Virus record (IMG/VR): IMGVR_UViG_3300028591_000184
Location: 9,046-73,045 of that record
Length of the DNA: 64,000 bases
Direction: 5' to 3' (one strand)
Source of the DNA: a virus
Lineage: Duplodnaviria; Caudoviricetes
The position numbers and the translations under genes are program-made. Positions 49,135-56,476 of the stretch are shown here, in pieces. The notes beneath the pieces were generated by a model. The model searched no databases. It was not told where the DNA came from and saw nothing but the letters and a program-made list of their open reading frames with translations. Position 1 is the stretch's first letter; each line of letters starts with the position of its first letter.

Positions 49135-49515
49135 ATGAGAACCTACACATTTAAGACTACCGCAGAGCAGAAAGTGCTCATCAAGAAACTTGTCGAAGCC
49201 ATCGAAGCCTGCCGCAAGGCCGACATCCAGTTTTTCACAACCGACGGAGCCAACGAGCTGTTGTGCTACAACTCCACCGACTTCGACCAAGGGCCAGACA
49301 CCGGTGACAATCTCTCAGGAGAATGGCAGGAAGGAACCGACCACCTCGGCTATCCGTGCAAGAGGTGGGTACTCACTGACAAGGCAGAACTTGCCGGATG
49401 GATGGAAATCCCCATCGCCGACTGCGACATCATCGACGGCGAAGCTATCGGCGTAGACTTCGTGTCGTGGGGTTGCTGCAATGACGGCTTCTTCGCCCAC
49501 AAGAAGCAAGTTTAG
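49135..49515 (+). CDS. acidic hypothetical protein
   Basis: start trimmed to MRTYTF. Confidence 0.7.
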   Translation: MRTYTFKTTAEQKVLIKKLVEAIEACRKADIQFFTTDGANELLCYNSTDFDQGPDTGDNLSGEWQEGTDHLGYPCKRWVLTDKAELAGWMEIPIADCDIIDGEAIGVDFVSWGCCNDGFFAHKKQV

Positions 49516-49574
49516 TCTCTCAGCCGTACTTGCATGTACGGCGCAATGTTTAACCAAATAAATATTATGAAACT

Positions 49575-49847
49575 ATGTTACCAAATCAATTAGAAAAGTA
49601 CACCAATTACAACAGCTATCTTATCGGCTACAGGAAAGGACAGCATGAAGTCAACGAGCAAAGGCTGATGAAATTCATCGGAGTTCTGATAAAGAAGTAT
49701 AAGAACCCCTACATCAGGTTCATGTGGGTGTCAAATGCAGACAAGCCGATGTGCGTAATTTATTCTGACGTCAAGAAGATGGAACGTGCAACAAAACTCA
49801 TCCCTTTCGATGAAGCGGAAAATAACATCACGGAGGAGGGTGTATGA
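49575..49847 (+). CDS. hypothetical protein
   Basis: ORF track. Confidence 0.65.
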   Translation: MLPNQLEKYTNYNSYLIGYRKGQHEVNEQRLMKFIGVLIKKYKNPYIRFMWVSNADKPMCVIYSDVKKMERATKLIPFDEAENNITEEGV

Positions 49848-50140
49848 CGGAATACAAACAGCTCATCTATAAGGTTGAGGACACGTTTATCCTCGGTAAA
49901 ACATTACCTGTGGTGGCTATGCGACAGCTGCCGAAGTTGGCGGAACAGTTTGCGGCCCTTCCAGACAGTCCGCTGTATATCAACGGAACACAGAAAGCAA
50001 TCGCGTCTGGTATTATGACGTTCTATAACACCAATAAACGCTTCATGGATGACGAACAAGAACTGTTTGAAGCCTTCAACGTGGCGTGCAAGATGCACCA
50101 TCACAGCAGATACACGCTCAGACTTTTTGAAGCGCGTTAG
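49844..50140 (+). CDS. hypothetical protein
   Basis: ATGA-coupled. Confidence 0.65.
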   Translation: MTEYKQLIYKVEDTFILGKTLPVVAMRQLPKLAEQFAALPDSPLYINGTQKAIASGIMTFYNTNKRFMDDEQELFEAFNVACKMHHHSRYTLRLFEAR

Positions 50141-50197
50141 CCTCTCGGAAACCTGCCACAAAAGACAGGTTTCACCATAAACCAAAACCAAAGAAAT

Positions 50198-50884
50198 ATG
50201 AATGAACTTGTAAAAAACATTGAGTCTTTTGCATATAAGTATGGCAAAGAAAACAAGCAGGTTATGCGTGATTTGTTAAAGTATATTATCGGATATTTTA
50301 ACCCTGAGCGAACGCCTGACACAACATGGAAATATAGCAAAGAACAGAATGCTGAGTTCCATCGGATGATGCAGCAATACTTCATCCTCATGGGTGAACA
50401 ACTCAAGAAGAAAGAGTGGTATGACGCATGGGGTGACATCTTCATGTGGTTCACACCAAAGGGAGGCGCAAGAGGGCAATTCTTTACGCCTGACAATATC
50501 TGCGACCTCATGGCGCAATGCAACATCAATACAGACACAGAACCGACCATCTTGTGTGGCGCATTCGGAAAGAGAGTGACAATCAGCGACCCAGCCGCAG
50601 GCTCCGCACGAAACCTCCTCGCATCACACGCACGCTTCATTCGTGATAATAAGCGAAAGCCTTATCTTGTGGCCGAAGACATCGACCTCGACTGCTGCCG
50701 CATGTCAGCAGTCAATATGATGGCTCATGGATGCTTCGGTGAGGTGATATGCCACAATACACTCGCTGACCCGAAAGGACTTGTAGTTGGATATATCATC
50801 AATGAAGGCCTATACCCAATGCAACCAGGCATCCCTACCATCAGAGTCAAACACGAACCACAATGGTTCGTATCACTACGCTGA
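50198..50884 (+). CDS. N6-adenine DNA methylase-like protein (HsdM-like, no visible motif IV)
   Basis: GQFFTP and SDPAAGS motifs present; no NPP(Y/F). Confidence 0.75.
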   Translation: MNELVKNIESFAYKYGKENKQVMRDLLKYIIGYFNPERTPDTTWKYSKEQNAEFHRMMQQYFILMGEQLKKKEWYDAWGDIFMWFTPKGGARGQFFTPDNICDLMAQCNINTDTEPTILCGAFGKRVTISDPAAGSARNLLASHARFIRDNKRKPYLVAEDIDLDCCRMSAVNMMAHGCFGEVICHNTLADPKGLVVGYIINEGLYPMQPGIPTIRVKHEPQWFVSLR

Positions 50885-50953
50885 GTCTCTATCATCTTAT
50901 TGGCAGCAATAAGATGGTCAAATAACCAATTAACAATTATTACGACTCAACCT

Positions 50954-51310
50954 GCGACACAACAAGTGACACAATTAACACATTGTGTTACAAAGGGTTA
51001 CGATTAATGGTGACACAAGCAGTGACACAGCAAGTGACACAGCAAAACACCAAAACCCCTTAAAACCGCACTTAAAAGTCTGAATTTTTGTAAAATTCCT
51101 TTTATATACTTTAATTGCCGTATGAAAGTGACACAGCAAATGACACAACTAAGTTATTATATATCAACTTGTTATGTAAAGTGGTGACACAGCAAATGAC
51201 ACAACTAAGAAAGAAAAAAAAGAAAAAAGAAAAATAGAAAAAAAGAAAAATCCCCCCACACCCCCTTATAAAGAAAAAATAGAAAAAAGAAAAAATAAAA
51301 AAAATAAAGA
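50954..51310. repeat. TGACACA iteron-like repeats plus purine/A tract; candidate origin or recombinase arm sites
   Basis: 9 copies at 12-13 bp spacing in clusters; identical 26-mer at 51128 and 51184; A-rich tract 51208-51310. Confidence 0.75.
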
Positions 51311-51418
51311 AACTCTTTGGTCAAAAAACCGTTTTTTTTGCTTTTTTCATAAACGGAAACCAATCTATCCCACAAAACGTAATCGTATTATAAAAATATT
51401 ATTAACTTTGCAAACGAT

Positions 51419-52504
51419 ATGGACATCATTATCAAAGGACTCGACTACGAGCAGATGCGAAAGTTTCGCAACGCTATATCATACGGATATTTCAACGCCT
51501 ACGAGCTAAACCCGCGTGAATGGCGGCATACTTTCGTCGGCGCGTTTATCTGGAAATACCCAGGGCGCGTGAAACTGATGAACACAATTCGTCAGATTGT
51601 CGGACATGTACCAACATGGGAAGACATGGATGAAACGACACTAAAAGACCTCGTAGAAGAACTCAAAGAGCAGGGTCTTGCACCATCAAGTATCTACACG
51701 ATGTGCTCTGAACTGAAAGCTGTCCTCAACAGCAACTACAAACGCATACCATGCAGCAGAGAAGATTTAACGCAAATACTATCGGTCAAGAAAAACGCAT
51801 CACAGGCTATTTATCTGACACGAGAAGAAATGCAGCTAATCGTTGACTATAAGCCAGTCGGCGAACTTCAGCATTATGTGCAAAGAAATTTCGTCGTTGA
51901 AATGCTGACTGGCGCACGAAGGGTAGATGCTGAAAGACTCACACTCAACAACTGCGACCCGAACTCTGGCATATTGTCTTATATCCCACAAAAAACACCA
52001 AACATCATCGTTCGTGTACCCATCGACGAAAGAATGGGTCTGAGAAGGTTCCTCGTTAACACAACAAGACGGGAAACGTGTGCAGACGTGTTCAACGAAA
52101 CACTACGCATCATCTGCAGAAACTGCGGAATAAACGACATGACAACGGTGACAAGGGCCAACAAGACGATTACCACGGAAAAGTGGAAACTTATATCGTC
52201 ACACACAGGAAGACGCTCGTTCGCAACAAACCTGTTCCTTGCTGGCGTGTCATTGGAAGACATCGCCATGATGATGGGACACGGAAAGAACATCGAGACA
52301 ACGAAACGTTATATCTGTGCAGAACGTGCAGCAACGCCCGCCGTAATAGCTTATTTCCAGCAAGTAGACGCTGATAAGCAGTCCGAGCAGTACAAAAAAG
52401 CATACAACGATGCCATCGACGATGTCTTTGAGATACTTGACACTACGGCAATGCTCGACAAGGACGGAATTATATATCGAGAGATACATGCACTCAAAAA
52501 ATAA
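51419..52504 (+). CDS. tyrosine recombinase (phage integrase family)
   Basis: TGARRVD (catalytic R), QKT (K), HTGRR (HxxR), MGH, TTKRY (catalytic Y); TAACTTTG promoter at 51403. Confidence 0.9.
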   Translation: MDIIIKGLDYEQMRKFRNAISYGYFNAYELNPREWRHTFVGAFIWKYPGRVKLMNTIRQIVGHVPTWEDMDETTLKDLVEELKEQGLAPSSIYTMCSELKAVLNSNYKRIPCSREDLTQILSVKKNASQAIYLTREEMQLIVDYKPVGELQHYVQRNFVVEMLTGARRVDAERLTLNNCDPNSGILSYIPQKTPNIIVRVPIDERMGLRRFLVNTTRRETCADVFNETLRIICRNCGINDMTTVTRANKTITTEKWKLISSHTGRRSFATNLFLAGVSLEDIAMMMGHGKNIETTKRYICAERAATPAVIAYFQQVDADKQSEQYKKAYNDAIDDVFEILDTTAMLDKDGIIYREIHALKK

Positions 52505-52508
52505 CACT

Positions 52509-52808
52509 ATGGAAGAATACAAAAACCGGCACCGCCCACAGGATGATATACCCTATGAGCGCAGAATGTTCTACATCATTCAAGACTACCGAAAGATACT
52601 GGAGCAGAACGAACAACTTGCGGCTTATTGTAAAAAACTTGAGAAAGAAATCGAAAAACTCCGACAGAAAAGTACGGAGCAAGGTCTGACAAACAAAAAT
52701 TTAGCTGAGATATGCACAAAGCGAAGCAGAGAAATCAAGCGGCTGAAAGCACGCATAGATTGGCTCGAAGAACAACTCAGACAATACGGACAGCCTCAAG
52801 GCAGCTGA
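52509..52808 (+). CDS. coiled-coil hypothetical protein
   Basis: start trimmed to MEEYKN. Confidence 0.65.
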   Translation: MEEYKNRHRPQDDIPYERRMFYIIQDYRKILEQNEQLAAYCKKLEKEIEKLRQKSTEQGLTNKNLAEICTKRSREIKRLKARIDWLEEQLRQYGQPQGS

Positions 52809-52809
52809 T

Positions 52810-52825
52810 GGCGGTATTAACCGCC
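52810..52825. terminator. hairpin between convergent genes
   Basis: GGCGGT-ATTA-ACCGCC. Confidence 0.45.
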
Positions 52826-52968
52826 ACCTGCCACATATTCAACCACACGATTAACGGCCATGTCAATCTTACGCGCGTTACGCCAACTCTTCGAGCAAAA
52901 TCCGCCTGCGACAGGTTTAATGCTTTCATTAACTCATCAATTCTGTCTTTAACTAAAAGCTCATTCAT
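52817..52968 (-). pseudogene. truncated XRE/CI repressor HTH joined to an integrase-like C-terminal remnant
   Basis: RIDELMKALNLSQADFARRVGVT followed in another frame by RKIDMAVNRVVEYV*. Confidence 0.55.
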
Positions 52969-53053
52969 ACAGCAGCATATTTATTGGTTTATATGGTGTG
53001 CTAAATAACGTTAAAATAATACACAAAATGTGTGCTTTTTCAAACGAAATGTG

Positions 53054-53173
53054 TATCTTTGCAAAGTCGTTCTATCACAAAACAACAAATACATACAAAA
53101 AGTGTGTGCGGATAAACCGCTTGAGTGTTTCAAATACGATGCAAAGATAAGGAAAATTATTAAAAACGCCAAA
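53054..53173. promoter_or_regulatory. face-to-face promoters of the genetic switch
   Basis: TATCTTTG on plus at 53054-53061; TATCTTTG on minus at 53149-53142 with TTTG 20 nt upstream. Confidence 0.65.
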
Positions 53174-53200
53174 GAATTTATTTAAAAATATACAATAGAA

Positions 53201-53422
53201 ATGAAAATTACAGTAAACGACATTAGGGCAATAAAGCCAAACAAGCCTTTAATATCGGCTTTATCGAGCAGATTGGAGTGTAACACAACCCGCAATCTCG
53301 TATCTTACGTTAACTTGTCATATCCAATAGAAGGATATAAATACAAGTGCCACGTCACAAGTGAAAACGTAGTACAGATTTCTCTCGTACCTATCGAAAG
53401 TGTAGATAATACAAGAGAATAG
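53201..53422 (+). CDS. hypothetical protein in the Cro position
   Basis: first rightward gene after the switch. Confidence 0.55.
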   Translation: MKITVNDIRAIKPNKPLISALSSRLECNTTRNLVSYVNLSYPIEGYKYKCHVTSENVVQISLVPIESVDNTRE

Positions 53423-53562
53423 AAATATTAATCGCATCATTAGATGCTGCCAAAAAAATATAATGCTAATATGAAACAATTATTCTTCACGCTCATTCCG
53501 ATTGTAATGAATATTTATTGCTGGATAGTTATCTATCGGGATGCTAAAGATTTGACAAGCCT

Positions 53563-53790
53563 ATGGAAGTAAAGACAGTTAAAATCGACACGAAAAAATT
53601 GTGGATGTCTCAGAAAGAGACCATGAGGTATCTTGGGGTGAGCAATGACTGGCTGAAAGAAAAAAGGCTCAGTGGAACACTACATTACTCTAAGGTTGGA
53701 ACGACCGTCTTTTACATTAAGACGGAAGTTGATAATCTCATTAAGAGAAATGCCATAACAGGTATTCCTAATTTCAGAGAAATCGTATAA
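53563..53790 (+). CDS. excisionase-like HTH DNA-binding protein
   Basis: WMSQKETMRYLGVS...YSKVG...FY pattern. Confidence 0.75.
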   Translation: MEVKTVKIDTKKLWMSQKETMRYLGVSNDWLKEKRLSGTLHYSKVGTTVFYIKTEVDNLIKRNAITGIPNFREIV

Positions 53791-54058
53791 ACTCTTGATA
53801 AGCTCATATAAATTACAATCGAGTTCTTTCGCAGTGATGCGCGAGAACTCACCACGGATGTCATCTAAACCAGAGATGCAGCTTGCTGCGAGGTCCGATA
53901 CCTCGGCATCCACAAAAAAGAGTTCTTTGACTTGTTGACACAAAAAGGAAAAGAATTAACTAACGTGAGTTCTAATACTCACAAGTGATGAACATTCATA
54001 AACGTCTGAAAAGGCAGACGTGGGGTGAAAGTCCCCTGCGAATCAGAACCCAAAGGGC

Positions 54059-54149
54059 GGGAGTGAAAATTGTGGTTTGATGTAGAAAGACCATAGGAGC
54101 AACAGGTTGGTAACGACCATGAGCGCGGGTTCGAGTCCCGCCACTCCCA
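54059..54149 (+). ncRNA. tRNA-like RNA resembling the tmRNA tRNA-like domain
   Basis: acceptor GGGAGTG/CACTCCC-A; T arm GCGGG-TTCGAGT-CCCGC; D-loop-like GGTTTGA; no canonical anticodon arm. Confidence 0.65.
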
Positions 54150-54165
54150 CTATAAAAACGAAAAA

Positions 54166-54855
54166 ATGAAAAGCGAAGTATATAACACAGATTGTATTAG
54201 CTATATGCGCACATTACCAGACAAGTGCTTCGATATAGCTTTGGTCGACCCTCCTTACGGCATTGGTGAGGATGGGTTGTCTAATCATAGCAGAGGTAAG
54301 TGTGCGAAAGCAACGAAATACACCGCGAAATCTTGGGATAAAAAACCAATGCCGAAAGAATTTTTCAACGAACTATTCCGAGTTAGCAAAGACCAGATTA
54401 TCTTCGGTGCAAACCACTTCATCAGTCGTATGCCTTACGACTCTTCTTGTTGGATTGTGTGGGATAAAGATAATACGGGGGATTTTGCAGATTGCGAACT
54501 TGCATGGACATCATTCAAAACAGCTGTCCGTAAGTTCAGATACAGGTGGAACGGAATGCTTCAAGAAGATATGAAGAATAAAGAGATACGAACGCATCCA
54601 ACTCAAAAGCCGGTTGCATTGTACGCATGGCTGCTGAAGAACTATGCCAAGGAAGGCGACCGTATCTTCGACCCTTGCATGGGCAGTCAGTCGAGCCGCA
54701 TAGCAGCCTATAAGATGGGCTTCGACTATGTTGGATGCGAACTGGATGCTGAATATTTCACAAAGGGCTGTGAGCGTTTCGACCGCGAGTGCAAACATGA
54801 ATATAAAACTGAGGACGGACACACAATCAAGCAAATGACTTTATTTGGCTTATGA
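54166..54855 (+). CDS. orphan N4/N6 DNA methyltransferase, beta class
   Basis: DPPY motif IV, HPTQKP, FDPCMGS motif I. Confidence 0.9.
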   Translation: MKSEVYNTDCISYMRTLPDKCFDIALVDPPYGIGEDGLSNHSRGKCAKATKYTAKSWDKKPMPKEFFNELFRVSKDQIIFGANHFISRMPYDSSCWIVWDKDNTGDFADCELAWTSFKTAVRKFRYRWNGMLQEDMKNKEIRTHPTQKPVALYAWLLKNYAKEGDRIFDPCMGSQSSRIAAYKMGFDYVGCELDAEYFTKGCERFDRECKHEYKTEDGHTIKQMTLFGL

Positions 54856-54971
54856 GTTATATCGAACAAAAGAAGGAGTGGCTTGACGAACACCCGAAAG
54901 CCACACTTGCCGAGGCTTGGGAAGCCGGCTACCTTCAATCAACGGATAATTGGTGTAAAAGAAAACGTTAA
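54852..54971 (+). CDS. 39-aa hypothetical protein
   Basis: ATGA overlap; MSYIEQKKEWLDEHPKATLAEAWEAGY...; below ORF-track cutoff. Confidence 0.5.
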   Translation: MSYIEQKKEWLDEHPKATLAEAWEAGYLQSTDNWCKRKR

Positions 54972-54988
54972 TTAATAACAGCAAAATT

Positions 54989-55432
54989 ATGAAAGCAGTA
55001 ACATCAAAATGGTTTATCTGTACCATCGCCTACGAGAAGACTTGTGAGGACGGACTACAGAAAAATGTGAAAGAACTCTATGTCGTTGACGCTCTTTCGT
55101 TCGCTGAAGCCGAGAAGCGCGTGACAGAAGAAATGGCAAACTATATCAGTGGTGTCTTCGGAGTTGTGGAAATCGACGCTGCACCGTTCAGCGAAATCTT
55201 CATTGACGATGAGCATCAGGCTGACTATTGGTATAAAGCCAAGCTGAAGTTTATCACCATCGACGAGCGCAACGAGAAGGAGAAACTTACCACCGTCAAC
55301 TATCTCGTGCAGGCTTCTTCATTCGAGGCCGCAAACAAAAACATAAAACAGGTGATGGATAAAACGATGATTGATTACGTCGTATCTTCTGTCACTGAGA
55401 CCAAAATCGTTGATGTGTTCGGACATGAGTAA
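54989..55432 (+). CDS. DUF4494-like protein
   Basis: WF.C.I.YEK..EDGLQK...YVVDALSF.EAE motif. Confidence 0.75.
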   Translation: MKAVTSKWFICTIAYEKTCEDGLQKNVKELYVVDALSFAEAEKRVTEEMANYISGVFGVVEIDAAPFSEIFIDDEHQADYWYKAKLKFITIDERNEKEKLTTVNYLVQASSFEAANKNIKQVMDKTMIDYVVSSVTETKIVDVFGHE

Positions 55433-55574
55433 GGAGGATTATTACGCCGACCGATATGACTATGAAGCCTTAGCCGAAGCGTATGACGAAAATCAGGATG
55501 AAGAATGCAGGGATGAATATCTCGACCCTGCATTCTCATCATTGGAAGAAGCCAACAAAATGTTTTACAATTAA
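55425..55574 (+). CDS. small acidic protein
   Basis: start MSKEDYY. Confidence 0.5.
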   Translation: MSKEDYYADRYDYEALAEAYDENQDEECRDEYLDPAFSSLEEANKMFYN

Positions 55575-55585
55575 TCATAAGAATT

Positions 55586-56476
55586 ATGCCAATACTTAAA
55601 AAAGATGATTTAACGCCTGAGCGTCCGGTGATAATAGTCCTATATGGAACACCTGGCGCAGGCAAAACTTCGGTTGCGACAACCGCAAACCAACCAATTC
55701 TCATCGACAGTGACAGAGGCTTCGACAGAGCAGTACAACGTATCGACACACTAACGGCTTCCTCGTGGGAGGAAATCGTGGCCGAGTATGATACTCTGAA
55801 GGGGTACAAAACCATTATCGTAGATACGGCAAAAGCTATGCTCGACGATTTTCTCGCTTCCTATGCCGTGCAATGCGACAGCCGACTGCGGACAAATTCT
55901 TTGAAGCGTTTCGGGCACATGGCTGATAACTTCAAGTTATTTGTTAACACCATTCGCTCGTATGGCGCAGACCTCGTGTTTATCTGCCACGACAAAGAAA
56001 CACAGGATGGGGACAATATAAAACACTCACCCGACTGCACTGGACAGTCTAAAGACCTGCTCGTCCGTATCGCCGACCAAGTAGGATATGTTTCAGTCGT
56101 CAACGGTAAGAGAACTATTCAGTTTGAACCACAAGAGAACTACGTCGGCAAAAACGTAGCTAAACTCGGAATGAAAGAGGTTCCTGATGTAACGTCCTCT
56201 GATTTCAAAACTTTCATGGATGGTATTATTACGGAAGTGAGAAAGGCCATCCAAAACAATTCTGAGGCGCAGCGTGAGGCTAACGAATTACTCGAAAACC
56301 TTAGAACATCGCTTGAAGGTGCTGTCAATCCTGAAGATTTCGATGCCTGTCTCGAAGCACGGATGCAACTGCCGTCACAACTTCGCAGGCCCTTCGCCGC
56401 CGAGGTAAACAAGAAGGCGAAAGAAAAGGGGTTCATCTTTGAGAAGACAGACGGTAAATACAAAAAAGAAGCATGA
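55586..56476 (+). CDS. AAA_24/Sak4-like ATPase (recombination)
   Basis: YGTPGAGKT, LIDSDRG, IIVDT, FICHDKE. Confidence 0.85.
   Translation: MPILKKDDLTPERPVIIVLYGTPGAGKTSVATTANQPILIDSDRGFDRAVQRIDTLTASSWEEIVAEYDTLKGYKTIIVDTAKAMLDDFLASYAVQCDSRLRTNSLKRFGHMADNFKLFVNTIRSYGADLVFICHDKETQDGDNIKHSPDCTGQSKDLLVRIADQVGYVSVVNGKRTIQFEPQENYVGKNVAKLGMKEVPDVTSSDFKTFMDGIITEVRKAIQNNSEAQREANELLENLRTSLEGAVNPEDFDACLEARMQLPSQLRRPFAAEVNKKAKEKGFIFEKTDGKYKKEA

Larger units (their letters stand above)
41553..50930 (+). repeat. family of about 20 intergenic AGTCT-hairpin-TAACC elements delimiting early genes
   Basis: copies near 41553, 41720, 42009, 42243, 42526, 44281, 45348, 45760, 46109, 46447, 46759 (degenerate), 47051, 47460, 47786, 48062, 48503, 49075, 49513, 50138, 50882. 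Confidence 0.85.

Noticed and set aside
41553-50930. Canonical integron attC array
   Set aside because: The RYYYAAC...GTTRRRY box order is not present. GTTTAAC occurs at the 3' end of some elements, not right after the stop, so only a non-canonical analogue can be proposed.
54059-54149. Functional tRNA-Leu/Ser or full tmRNA
   Set aside because: No U8, D stem or 7-nt anticodon loop; too short for a tag-encoding domain and lacks G3.U70
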